This document shows, piece after piece, positions 1 to 9,456 of a stretch of DNA of 64,000 bases. Origin of the DNA: Endomicrobiales bacterium (GTDB taxonomy: Bacteria; Elusimicrobiota; Endomicrobiia; Endomicrobiales; JALOBY01); assembly GCA_963796955.1 (NCBI GenBank), contig CAWCNJ010000008.1, positions 32,001 to 96,000 on the forward strand, read 5' to 3'. The translations under genes and the position numbers were made by a program. Positions within the stretch are counted from its first letter, which is position 1. Each line of letters begins with the position of its first letter. Under the pieces are notes generated by a model. The model made no database searches. It was not told the origin of the DNA and saw only the letters and a program-made list of their open reading frames with translations.

Positions 1-894
1 GTGCCGGGTTCCGTTACCTATCAAGGCAGGCTGAAGGAGGGCGGAAGCCCGGTAGAGGGGACCAGGAAAATGCAATTTCATATTTTTAACGATGCATCCG
101 TGGAAGTTTGGGGTACACCTGCTGACATCGCTGTACCGGTCGTTTCCGGAAGCTTTTCTGTTCAGATGTCTCCGGTCGTTGACTGGACAAGCAGCACCAG
201 GTGGTATTTAGAGACATGGGTAGGGCAATTAAGCGCCGATAAGAAATTATCTCCCCGCGAAGAGATCACATCACAATTCTTTGCTCTTTACGCCCAGTCG
301 GCTGAAAATTTAAAATCCAGCTCTACCGTAACGATCATTGCCGCAACTACGACTGTGACAGGCGCTTTCGCAATAAATGGTAATCTTACCGTTTCTGGCA
401 GTAACAGTATTATTCCCGCTGGGTCAATTATAGCCTATGGAGGAACAACTGCTCCCACTGGTTGGTTTATTTGTGATGGATCTTCAAAAGATTCAACGTT
501 ATACCATGATCTATACCTGGCTATCGGAAGCAATTTTGGTGGAAGCGGTAGTAATTTTAATCTTCCTGATCTGAGAGGTCGATTTATTCGAGGACAAGAT
601 TCTGGTTCCGGACATGATCCAGATGCAGCATCTCGAACAGCAGGATTCGCGGGTGGCAACACAGGCGATCATGTTGGTTCATTACAAGATGACGCATTTA
701 AGAGTCATGTTCATGATATTGTTGCTGGTCAGTCAATTATTGAAGGTGGATCATCTTGTGGAACAATCAGAGGTTATTATACTACAGCTCGAAATTATGT
801 TTATATCCAAAATGCAGAATATGGTGTGCAGGCGTCTGGCGGTGCTGAAACCCGTCCAAAAAATGTTACCGTGAATTACATAATCAAATACTGA
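1..894 (+). CDS. Phage tail-collar domain / tail-fibre-like protein, 5' partial
   Basis: Collar motif IPAGSIIAYGG..APTGWFICDGS..Y.DLYLAIG..FGG....FNLPDLRGRFIRG and C-terminal ETRPKNVTVNYIIKY. Begins at the VPGS(V/I)TYQGRL motif that follows the signal peptide in paralog 2065-2991, so the true start lies upstream of the window. Confidence 0.85.
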   Translation: MPGSVTYQGRLKEGGSPVEGTRKMQFHIFNDASVEVWGTPADIAVPVVSGSFSVQMSPVVDWTSSTRWYLETWVGQLSADKKLSPREEITSQFFALYAQSAENLKSSSTVTIIAATTTVTGAFAINGNLTVSGSNSIIPAGSIIAYGGTTAPTGWFICDGSSKDSTLYHDLYLAIGSNFGGSGSNFNLPDLRGRFIRGQDSGSGHDPDAASRTAGFAGGNTGDHVGSLQDDAFKSHVHDIVAGQSIIEGGSSCGTIRGYYTTARNYVYIQNAEYGVQASGGAETRPKNVTVNYIIKY

Positions 895-901
895 GAAGAC
901 T

Positions 902-2056
902 ATGAAGAAAGTTATTGTTTTGACTCTTGTTTTATTCATTAATGCTTCCGCTTATGCCTGGATATCTTCATACTCAGACGCGAGTGTTTCTATGGATTTA
1001 TATACATCTTTTGGACCGTTCACTATTTATGGCGCTACACTACCAATAACTGATATGGATTCTATGGTAGCCATGGTCAGTACCTCGACTTTAACGCACA
1101 CATCCGGTATCGAGATGGATCTTGGGTATTACGCTTTCACTGATTTTGGCGCGAATGCCACACCCGTTTTACTTGCCAAATGTCAAAGCGGATATTTTGT
1201 TAATGTACCGAATGAGGCGCCCGTTACATTTTCAGTTTACTATATTAATTCCAGCGGTGTGGAACCTCTGCCCGGGTATCCGTGTGTAAGTTTCTGGAAG
1301 GACGGAACCTCCTCTACAGTTTCTGTAGTTCTGGACAAGTTCAGCACCGATGCGACCGGCGCTCTTTACAAAAAGTCAGTCGCTATAGACCCCGGTGTAT
1401 ACTGCTACACCTACACCGTTAAAAATTCCCAATATGCCGGCGGCTATACCCTTGCCCAAAGTTCTTTTGTTGTAACAGGCCGGCCAGCAGGTGTAGCTGA
1501 TACAAGCCTTCCAGACGCAAAAGTTGTTACCAGCGGCAAAATACAACTATCATGGACTGTTAGTGATACACAACCCGTCTCATTTAAAGTTTATGCGGGT
1601 AAAGATCAAAATAATCTAACGCTTGTTTACACCGGCTCATTGCCAACCTGCCTATTAACTTCACTGGATGCCGGCAGCAATTACTACTGGCAGGTAGAAA
1701 CAATTAATCAGTATGGCGTTTCTTCAAGAAGCCCTATTCACAATTTCACCACCCTCGGCAAAATGACAAAATCATTTAACTACCCCAATCCCTTCAGCCC
1801 GCCGGGCCAACACACTAATTTCGTAGTTGATATGGCAGAAGCCGGCTCCGCCGAGGTTACCGTCTATTCAGAGTTCGGTGACAAAACCTGGAACCAATCC
1901 TTTAACAACCTGCCTATGGGACAAAATGAGCTGTCATATAACGGTACTGACGGCAATGGAAAGGTTCTATACAACGGAACATACGTCGCTATTATTAAAA
2001 AGCATTATTCGGGCCGCGAAGAACAAGACCACGTGCGTATAATGGTCGTTAAATAG
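902..2056 (+). CDS. Secreted protein with FN3-like domain and C-terminal T9SS type A-like / FlgD Ig-like domain
   Basis: Signal peptide (MKKVIVLTLVLFINASAYA); FN3 pattern LSW...YYWQVETINQYG; C-terminus NYPNPF...VTVYSEFG...YNGTDGNG..LYNGTY...RIMVVK. Confidence 0.75.
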   Translation: MKKVIVLTLVLFINASAYAWISSYSDASVSMDLYTSFGPFTIYGATLPITDMDSMVAMVSTSTLTHTSGIEMDLGYYAFTDFGANATPVLLAKCQSGYFVNVPNEAPVTFSVYYINSSGVEPLPGYPCVSFWKDGTSSTVSVVLDKFSTDATGALYKKSVAIDPGVYCYTYTVKNSQYAGGYTLAQSSFVVTGRPAGVADTSLPDAKVVTSGKIQLSWTVSDTQPVSFKVYAGKDQNNLTLVYTGSLPTCLLTSLDAGSNYYWQVETINQYGVSSRSPIHNFTTLGKMTKSFNYPNPFSPPGQHTNFVVDMAEAGSAEVTVYSEFGDKTWNQSFNNLPMGQNELSYNGTDGNGKVLYNGTYVAIIKKHYSGREEQDHVRIMVVK

Positions 2057-2064
2057 GGGTTAAA

Positions 2065-2991
2065 ATGCGCAAGAAAGTATCGTTAAAACTAATCGTGATA
2101 ATGTTTCTCGCTTCACTAGCATATGCTGGTGTGCCGGGCTCTATCACGTATCAAGGCAGATTAAAAGAAGGCGGAAGCCCTGTAACAGCTACCCGCATAA
2201 TGAAGTTTTTGATATACAAAGATAGTAAGGCAAGTCCTGAGTGGGTCACCACACCAGATATGTCTGTAAATGTCAGCTCCGGTATTTTTTCTGTTGAGCT
2301 AACCCCGTCTGTAGACTGGACGACAGGAACAGACTGGTATTTGGAAACGATGATAGGTATAACAACCCCGGACAAAACCCTGAGCCCCAAAGAGAAGATA
2401 ACTTCACAATTCTTTGCACTCCATTCAAAATCCTCCGAAGATATGGAACAATCTACGGGCAACTCGATACACTTTGCCATAGGTGGAAGCACAATTGCGA
2501 CAATTACTTCAACAGGAAATTTTGGCCTAACCCCACCGGGAGTTGTCGTTGCATACATGGGCGTAACCATACCAAACGGCTGGCTGTCATGCGATGGGTC
2601 AACTGTTACTGTGACTCAATACCTGGGTTTATTTAATGCCATTGGTTACACATATGGGGGAAGTGGCGCCAGTTTTAGTGTTCCTAATCTAAATGGTATG
2701 TTCTTGAGGGGAAGGGCCACTGACACAACTAACGATCCTGATGGTCCAAGATCTTTAGGTTCGAATCAAATTGACACTTTTCAAGGACATCATCACTCAC
2801 CAGCAATGAGCGTAAATGCTAATACGACTGGTGTGGGACCGAGCTATACTTTGTCGACCGCTACAGGAGGTGGTCCATGGGCTGGAATTCCAGCCCTTGA
2901 TCCGAGTCCAGATTTTATTAATGGTTCACCACGTACTGGATCCGAAACTCGCCCAAAAAACATGGCTGTAAATTATATTATTAAATACTGA
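2065..2991 (+). CDS. Secreted phage tail-collar domain / tail-fibre-like protein
   Basis: Signal peptide ending LAYA; N-terminal domain paralogous to 1-894; collar motif PPGVVVAYMG..IPNGWLSCDGS...FSVPNLNGMFLRG; ends ETRPKNMAVNYIIKY. Confidence 0.85.
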   Translation: MRKKVSLKLIVIMFLASLAYAGVPGSITYQGRLKEGGSPVTATRIMKFLIYKDSKASPEWVTTPDMSVNVSSGIFSVELTPSVDWTTGTDWYLETMIGITTPDKTLSPKEKITSQFFALHSKSSEDMEQSTGNSIHFAIGGSTIATITSTGNFGLTPPGVVVAYMGVTIPNGWLSCDGSTVTVTQYLGLFNAIGYTYGGSGASFSVPNLNGMFLRGRATDTTNDPDGPRSLGSNQIDTFQGHHHSPAMSVNANTTGVGPSYTLSTATGGGPWAGIPALDPSPDFINGSPRTGSETRPKNMAVNYIIKY

Positions 2992-3039
2992 AATATTTTA
3001 CTATTTTATTGACACTAATCTTAAAGATAGGAGCAATTA

Positions 3040-3585
3040 ATGCCTTTCACTTTCAATACGCTTGTAGTACCAGACGTAATTGCGATTCAACCCAAAGTCT
3101 TCAGTGATGAACGCGGGTACTTCGCTGAGATATTTAAAAATACAGACTTTATAGCTGCTGGTATAACTAAACCATTTGTCCAGATCAATCAGTCAAAATC
3201 TTCTAATGGTGTTATCAGGGGCTTGCATTTTCAGAAGGCTCCTAAAGCACAAGGGAAACTTGTTCGTGCGCTTAGCGGTGTTATATTTGATGTGGCTGTT
3301 GACATTCGCAAGGCTTCAGCGACATATGGTAAATGGGTCGGTATTGAATTAAGTTCTGAAACTAAAAACATGGTCTACGTGCCTGAAGGCTTTGCTCATG
3401 GTTTTTCTGTTCTCTCAGAAACGGCTGAAATTGAGTACTTCTGTACTAATGTTTACGCCCCGGAATGTGAGGTTGGTATAGCCTATAACGACCCTGTTCT
3501 GAATATTGATTGGAAGGTAAAAACGGCGATCGTTTCAGCCCGTGACCAGTCCCACAAAAAACTTTCAGAAATATTGACATTTTAA
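3040..3585 (+). CDS. rfbC: dTDP-4-dehydrorhamnose 3,5-epimerase family
   Basis: FSDERGYFAE, QINQSKS, RGLHFQ, DVAVDIR, VPEGFAHGF motifs; AGGAG RBS upstream. Confidence 0.92.
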   Translation: MPFTFNTLVVPDVIAIQPKVFSDERGYFAEIFKNTDFIAAGITKPFVQINQSKSSNGVIRGLHFQKAPKAQGKLVRALSGVIFDVAVDIRKASATYGKWVGIELSSETKNMVYVPEGFAHGFSVLSETAEIEYFCTNVYAPECEVGIAYNDPVLNIDWKVKTAIVSARDQSHKKLSEILTF

Positions 3586-3660
3586 GTCCATTTAGCTAAA
3601 CTGTTCAATAAGTGAACGGAGTCGTTGGCTTACCTTAACCTAAGTCGTTTAGGAGCGTTT

Positions 3661-4407
3661 GTGTTAAAAAGACCATATGGTTGGCAACCCGATTTCCCTG
3701 ATCAGAGAGATTTTCTGTTTTCAGAGATAGTGAAAATCTCAAAGGTTTTGCCAGAGTTGGTGGATTTGAGAAGAGAATGTTCAGCTGTTGAAGACCAGGG
3801 TCAACTAGGCAGCTGCACTGCCAACGCCCTTGCCGGCGCGCTGGAATTCCTGGAAAACCAGGAAAAGACAGCTTTTGTGGACAAAAGTCGCCTATTCATT
3901 TATTATAACGAACGTGCCATAGAGCATAAAGTTAGCTCTGATTCCGGCGCAATGATACGCGACGGTATAAAAACCCTTGCAACATTTGGGTGCTGTTCAG
4001 AAACCCTGTGGCCCTACAATATTTTGACATTTACTAATAAACCAACCGCCAAGTGTTACACTCAAGCAAAAGATCATAAAATTAATTCATACCACAGAAT
4101 ATGTTCGCTGGACGAGATGAAGGCGTGTCTCGCCTCCGGCTTCCCTTTTGTATTTGGTTTCACGGTTTATGAGAGTTTTGAATCCCAAACTGTTGCCAAA
4201 ACCGGCAAAGTAAATATGCCAAAAAGTTCTGAGCGTGCCATAGGCGGCCACGCAGTAATGGCGGTAGGCTATAATGAAAAACAAAAACGCTTTATAGTCC
4301 GCAATTCCTGGGGACCCAACTGGGGAATAGACGGCTATTTCACAATGCCTTACGCATACCTTGACAGCCGCAACCTCTCCGACGACTTTTGGACAATAAG
4401 GAAATAA
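3661..4407 (+). CDS. Papain-like C1 family cysteine peptidase
   Basis: QGQLGSCTANA (Cys), GGHAV (His), RNSWG (Asn). Start placed at GTG 3661 after AGGAG at 3651-3655. No signal peptide. Confidence 0.9.
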   Translation: MLKRPYGWQPDFPDQRDFLFSEIVKISKVLPELVDLRRECSAVEDQGQLGSCTANALAGALEFLENQEKTAFVDKSRLFIYYNERAIEHKVSSDSGAMIRDGIKTLATFGCCSETLWPYNILTFTNKPTAKCYTQAKDHKINSYHRICSLDEMKACLASGFPFVFGFTVYESFESQTVAKTGKVNMPKSSERAIGGHAVMAVGYNEKQKRFIVRNSWGPNWGIDGYFTMPYAYLDSRNLSDDFWTIRK

Positions 4408-4408
4408 A

Positions 4409-4930
4409 GTGGAAGTTACTGAGAAAGAGTTTGCAGTTATACAGGAAATTCATAAAAACGAGATGCCGGATCAGCGCACTATTGCGCATAAAACCGGCAT
4501 TTCTCTAGGTATGACGAATTTGATCATTCAGCGTCTTATCGAGCGCGGATACATAAAAGCCCGCCAGTTGAACCGTAAAAAGATACAGTATATTCTTACC
4601 CCGGAAGGCTTCGCCGAGAAAGCCCGTAAATCCTATGCCTTTACCCTTAAAACCGTCAATCATTTAAGAACTATCAAACATATCCTTCATGAAGTAATAG
4701 AAGCAGGTATACGGGACGGCTACACCACATTTTCATTCTCAGGAAATAGTGAAGTAAATGAGCTTGCGGAGCTTATTGCGATGCGGCTGAAATCAAAAAA
4801 CATACAATTCAGATTTGATAAAGAAACAAATATTAATGCCGATTCGTCGAGTCTGATCATGGAATCAACTGACAATAGAAAAAACGAAATTGATCTTATG
4901 ACCTATCTGTCAGAGCAGGGGATTGCTTAG
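4409..4930 (+). CDS. Winged-helix MarR-like (EPS-associated) transcriptional regulator
   Basis: QRTIAHKTGISLGMTNLIIQRLIERGYIK...YILTPEGFAEK pattern; lies at the head of the sugar operon. Confidence 0.8.
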   Translation: MEVTEKEFAVIQEIHKNEMPDQRTIAHKTGISLGMTNLIIQRLIERGYIKARQLNRKKIQYILTPEGFAEKARKSYAFTLKTVNHLRTIKHILHEVIEAGIRDGYTTFSFSGNSEVNELAELIAMRLKSKNIQFRFDKETNINADSSSLIMESTDNRKNEIDLMTYLSEQGIA

Positions 4931-4946
4931 TAAAAAGGATACGCAA

Positions 4947-5723
4947 ATGAAAGTCGTAATTCTTGCAGGTGGAATGGGAACAAGGATCAGTGAAGAAACA
5001 AGTGTTATCCCAAAGCCTATGATAGAGATAGGCGGCAAGCCGATCCTGTGGCACATTCTTAAGATCTATTCACACTATGGCTTCAACGATTTCGTAATTT
5101 GTCTGGGCTATAAGTCGTATGTTGTCAAAGAATATTTCTCTCATTATTTCCTTCATATGAGCGATGTAACTATTGATATGGCAAACAATCAAACTGAGAT
5201 CCATTCTTCCGCTTCTGAGCCCTGGAAGATAACTTTGGTTGATACCGGCAATGAAACAATGACAGGCGGCAGGATCAAAAGAATACAAAAATACCTGAAC
5301 AATGAGCCTTTCATGCTCACCTATGGTGACGGCGTAGCTGATGTAAATATAAAAGATCTGGTAGCAAAACATACAAATTCAAAAAAACTTGCGACATTGA
5401 CGACCGTAAAGGACGCTGGAAGGTTTGGCGTTATTGATATCGGTGTGGACGATTCCGTAAGGTCTTTCCTTGAAAAACCGGTAAGCGAAGGCTCATCCAT
5501 AAATGCTGGGTTCTTCGTGCTTGAGCCTAAAGTGCTCGATTATATCGACCAGGGAGATTCCTCGATCTGGGAGAGAAAACCTCTTGAAAAGCTCGCGAAG
5601 GACGGACAATTGAATGCCTACAGGCACACAGGGTTCTGGAAGCCTATGGATACCCTTAGGGACAAGGTTGAACTCGAAAAACTATGGCAGAATAATAACG
5701 CCCCATGGAAGGTATGGAAATGA
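4947..5723 (+). CDS. rfbF: Glucose-1-phosphate cytidylyltransferase
   Basis: ILAGGMGTRISEET..PKPMIEIG, TMTGGRIKR, LTYGDG, FWKPMDTLRDK, APWKVW. Confidence 0.95.
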   Translation: MKVVILAGGMGTRISEETSVIPKPMIEIGGKPILWHILKIYSHYGFNDFVICLGYKSYVVKEYFSHYFLHMSDVTIDMANNQTEIHSSASEPWKITLVDTGNETMTGGRIKRIQKYLNNEPFMLTYGDGVADVNIKDLVAKHTNSKKLATLTTVKDAGRFGVIDIGVDDSVRSFLEKPVSEGSSINAGFFVLEPKVLDYIDQGDSSIWERKPLEKLAKDGQLNAYRHTGFWKPMDTLRDKVELEKLWQNNNAPWKVWK

Positions 5724-6697
5724 ACAGGTTCTGGAAAAACAAAAGCGTTTTGATCACCGGCGGTGAAGGTTTCCTTGGAAGCAACCTTACAAGAAGGATG
5801 ATCGGTCTCGGAGCAAAAGTTGTCGTTATTGACCCTCTGGTTAAGCGTAAACAGACATTGTTTACTAAAGATGACTACAGTAAATTTACATCGGTCAAGG
5901 GGTCAGTGGCAAATTACGAACTAATCAGCAAAGTGCTGAAAAATAACCGAGTCGAGTATGTTTTTCATCTTGGCGCTGAGGCCATTGTCGGCAAATGTAA
6001 TGCTGACCCGCTGGGATGTTTTTCTTCAAATATTGAAGGTACCTGGAAGCTGCTCGAGGCCTGCAGGCAATATGGGAAAGTCAAGTCTATTGTCGTAGCC
6101 TCCAGCGATAAAGCCTATGGCAGTCATAAGGTCCTTCCTTATAAGGAAGAAGCCCCGTTGATAGGCAATCATCCGTATGATGTTTCTAAGAGCTGCGCGG
6201 ACTTGATATGTTATACATATTTTCATACATACGGCCTTCCTGTCTCAGTTACCCGGTGCGGCAATATTTACGGGCCCGGTGACTTCAATTTTTCCAGAAT
6301 AGTACCCGATGCGATTAGGTGTGCCATAACCGGCGGAACACTTTCGATCCGGAGCGACGGAAAATTTACTCGCGATTACGTTTACGTTGATGATATTGTT
6401 AATGGGTACATATTGATCGCTGAGCAAATGCTAAGTAAGAAACTTGCCGGCGAAGCTTTCAATTTTAGTGATGAAAACCCTATTACTGTGTTGGAATTTG
6501 TTAACAGGATATTTAAAGCTGCTGGCAGTGTTCCTGCGTACAAAGTCCTCAATACTGCCAAATATGAGATCAAGCACCAATATCTTGCTTCTGGAAAGGC
6601 CAGGAAGATACTTGGGTGGAAACCGGGAAACTCTTTGAAAACCGGTGTCAAGAACACGATTTCCTGGTATAAAACATATCTTAGCAGAGGGAAATAA
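5720..6697 (+). CDS. CDP-glucose 4,6-dehydratase-like NAD-dependent epimerase/dehydratase
   Basis: FWKNKSVLITGGEGFLG, SSDKAYG, PYDVSKSCADL, RCGNIYGPGD; ATGA-coupled to rfbF, in the usual rfbG position. Confidence 0.8.
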   Translation: MNRFWKNKSVLITGGEGFLGSNLTRRMIGLGAKVVVIDPLVKRKQTLFTKDDYSKFTSVKGSVANYELISKVLKNNRVEYVFHLGAEAIVGKCNADPLGCFSSNIEGTWKLLEACRQYGKVKSIVVASSDKAYGSHKVLPYKEEAPLIGNHPYDVSKSCADLICYTYFHTYGLPVSVTRCGNIYGPGDFNFSRIVPDAIRCAITGGTLSIRSDGKFTRDYVYVDDIVNGYILIAEQMLSKKLAGEAFNFSDENPITVLEFVNRIFKAAGSVPAYKVLNTAKYEIKHQYLASGKARKILGWKPGNSLKTGVKNTISWYKTYLSRGK

Positions 6698-7626
6698 TGG
6701 CTTTTATAAGCGTTGTCACACCTTGCTATAACGAAGAGGCAAATGTTGCCGGCCTTTACAAAGCTGTTAAGTCTGTATTCTCAGAACTTGAGGGTCTGAC
6801 TTATGAACATATCTTTATAGACAACTCCTCACGGGATAATACGGTACGTATCCTCAAAGATATTGCTAAAACCGATAAAACGTTGAAGATCATTGTAAAT
6901 TCTAGGAATTTTGGCCATATTCGGTCGCCTTACTACGCTCTTTTACAGGCCAATGGCGACGCTGCTGTACTTTTAGCATCTGATTTTCAAGACCCACCGG
7001 AACTTATTAAAGACTTTATCAAAAAATGGCAGGAAGGTTTCAGGATAGTAATTGGAGTTAAACATAAGAGCGAAGAAAACAAACTTATGTTCGCAGCGCG
7101 AAAGATCTATTATCATCTGATCTCCAGGATCTCTGATACCGAGCAGGTCAAAAATTTCACAGGTTTCGGTTTATACGATAAAAGTTTCGTAGATGTGTTG
7201 AAAAAGCTGGATGAACCATATCCATATTTCAGGGGATTGATCGCGGAATTGGGCCCGGAGCGAGCTGAGATCGAATTTACGCAGCCGAAAAGAAAAGTTG
7301 GCAAGACAAAGAATAATTTCTACACTCTTTATGATATCGCCATGCTAGGGTTGGTAAGTTACTCAAAACTTCCCTTGCGTATTGCAACATTCGTAGGATT
7401 CATTTCTTCTTTTATAAGTATTGGTGTGGCTTTTATATATCTTATTTACAAAATTTTATTTTGGAATCGATTTTCCGCTGGGTCCGCTCCCATCGCTATT
7501 GGGTTGTTCTTCTTCGCTTCGGTACAATTATTCTTCGTAGGCATTCTGGGGGAATACATCGGTGCGATCTATACACAAGTCAAGAACAGGCCATTGGTAG
7601 TAGAAAAAGAGCGAATTAATTTCTAA
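6697..7626 (+). CDS. GT2 polyprenol-phosphate glycosyltransferase (GtrB/DPM1-like) with two C-terminal TM helices
   Basis: VVTPCYNEE, NSRNFGH, SDFQDPPELI, hydrophobic C-terminus ending GILGEYIGAIY..VKNRP. Confidence 0.85.
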   Translation: MAFISVVTPCYNEEANVAGLYKAVKSVFSELEGLTYEHIFIDNSSRDNTVRILKDIAKTDKTLKIIVNSRNFGHIRSPYYALLQANGDAAVLLASDFQDPPELIKDFIKKWQEGFRIVIGVKHKSEENKLMFAARKIYYHLISRISDTEQVKNFTGFGLYDKSFVDVLKKLDEPYPYFRGLIAELGPERAEIEFTQPKRKVGKTKNNFYTLYDIAMLGLVSYSKLPLRIATFVGFISSFISIGVAFIYLIYKILFWNRFSAGSAPIAIGLFFFASVQLFFVGILGEYIGAIYTQVKNRPLVVEKERINF

Positions 7627-7650
7627 ATTATTATTCGAGGGCAAAAGACC

Positions 7651-9456
7651 ATGAAAATTAGAGTTGCTGATTACATTACGCAAAAACTTCACGAAGCCGG
7701 TGCCGATTATGTGTTCATGATCACCGGCGGTATGATAATGCATTTGACGGATGCTCTTACTAAGAACAAGAAAATGAAATATATTTGCTTCCAGCATGAG
7801 CAGGCCGCCGCTATGGCTGCCGACGCATACGGGCGTTATACCGGCAAACTTGGGGTTGCCTATGTAACCGCGGGGCCGGGTGTTTTAAACACCATAACAG
7901 GCGTCGTTGGCGCTTATGTTGATTCGGCCCCATGCATTATCGTTGGCGGCCAATCTAAAGTTTCGCTGGCGAAAGTTGTCGGCCCAAGACAGTTCCCGTT
8001 ACAGGGTTACAATAATATACCTATATTCAAACATATCACTAAATACGCCGTAATGCTCGATGATCTGTCCAGAGTGAGGTATGAAGTAGAGAAATGCATC
8101 CACATAGCGCAACAGCCCAGGGTTGGCCCAGTCTATCTTGAATGCCCGGTAGATATACAGGGCGCGACCTTTGACCCTGATGAATGTGCCGGCTATGTGC
8201 CGCAAAACGATAAAGAGGCGGTAAATAAAAAGGCTTTGAACAAGCAGATAACAGCGGTTAAACAGGCTCTTCTAAATAGCCGGCGGCCATTGATCCTTGC
8301 TGGAGCAGGGGTCAGGCTTTCAGGTTGTATCGGCCAACTGCACAAATTTATCGAAAAAACTAACATTCCAATTGTCACATCCCGCCTAGGCATGGACCTT
8401 ATTGGACATGATCACCGTCTTTTTGTCGGAAGACCCGGCACCTACGGCGATCGCGCTGCCAATTTCGCCGTGCAGAAATGCGATCTTCTAATAGTTCTCG
8501 GCTGCAGAATGGGCATAGGGCTTGTTGGTTATGATTTCCAGAATTTTGCTCAATCTGCAAAAAAAGTTATGGTAGATGTTGACGAGGAAGAATTGAAAAA
8601 GCCTTCAGTTGTGCCTGATATAGCTATAAAGGCCGATGCCGGCGAATTCCTTGGTAAGTTGTCTGAACAGCTGAACGGTTACCGTAATAACAATACGCCA
8701 TGGGTCGAGAAAACTCAATATTGGAAGGAACATTACCCTGTAGACTTGCCGGAATACGCAAAAGAAAAACACGGTATCAACTCCTATCATTTTACCCGGG
8801 TATTCTCGGAAAGTATGCCCAAAGATAGTTTGTTCGTTGTTGACACCGGCTCGTGCTTCCACGTGTATGCCCAGGCATTTAAAGTAAAATATGGGCAGCG
8901 GCACATAATTACGGGCGGCCTTTCGACGATGGGCTATGTACCGGCGGTTATCGGTGTTGCGGCAATCGACAGAAAGAAAGATGTTTATTGCATAACTGGC
9001 GACGGTTCCGTACAGATGAATCTACAGGAACTACAGACTATAATCTACAACAAACTGCCCGTTAAGCTCATTATTTTCAATAACAATGGTTATTTGTTAA
9101 TACGTCATACCCAAATAAACTTCTGTGACGGCAGGCTTATCGGTGAAAGCCCGGAAACTGGTGTTGGTTTCCCTGATATGAAAAAGATAGCGGGCGCGTA
9201 TGGAATTAAATATATGCGAATAGCAAAGGCCTCTGAAATGGATGGCAAGATCAAGGAACTTAAGAAGATAAAAGGCCCCGTGATCTGCGAAGTAATGACA
9301 CCGAAAAACCAATTCCTTATTCCCAGGGTCGCTTCAAAGAAACTTGAAGATGGCCGGATGGTCTCAATGCCTTACGACGATATGTTCCCATTCATGCCCA
9401 GGGAAGAGTATCAAAGCAACCAAATACAGGATCAAGAGAACAAAAAAAATGGCTAA
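7651..9456 (+). CDS. Thiamine-diphosphate-dependent enzyme (acetolactate synthase-like, YerE-like by context)
   Basis: HEQAAAMAADAY, TAGPG, ThDP motif GDGS...NNNGY; located in a CDP-dideoxysugar operon. Confidence 0.88.
   Translation: MKIRVADYITQKLHEAGADYVFMITGGMIMHLTDALTKNKKMKYICFQHEQAAAMAADAYGRYTGKLGVAYVTAGPGVLNTITGVVGAYVDSAPCIIVGGQSKVSLAKVVGPRQFPLQGYNNIPIFKHITKYAVMLDDLSRVRYEVEKCIHIAQQPRVGPVYLECPVDIQGATFDPDECAGYVPQNDKEAVNKKALNKQITAVKQALLNSRRPLILAGAGVRLSGCIGQLHKFIEKTNIPIVTSRLGMDLIGHDHRLFVGRPGTYGDRAANFAVQKCDLLIVLGCRMGIGLVGYDFQNFAQSAKKVMVDVDEEELKKPSVVPDIAIKADAGEFLGKLSEQLNGYRNNNTPWVEKTQYWKEHYPVDLPEYAKEKHGINSYHFTRVFSESMPKDSLFVVDTGSCFHVYAQAFKVKYGQRHIITGGLSTMGYVPAVIGVAAIDRKKDVYCITGDGSVQMNLQELQTIIYNKLPVKLIIFNNNGYLLIRHTQINFCDGRLIGESPETGVGFPDMKKIAGAYGIKYMRIAKASEMDGKIKELKKIKGPVICEVMTPKNQFLIPRVASKKLEDGRMVSMPYDDMFPFMPREEYQSNQIQDQENKKNG

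Noticed and set aside
1..2991. Prophage, tailocin or diversity-generating retroelement suggested by the tail-fibre genes
   Set aside because: No phage structural, integrase or reverse transcriptase genes in the window, and the two 3' ends differ at all base types rather than only at adenines.
7651..9456. Annotation as ilvB for branched-chain amino acid synthesis
   Set aside because: No ilvN/ilvC neighbours; the gene is embedded in a CDP-sugar operon.
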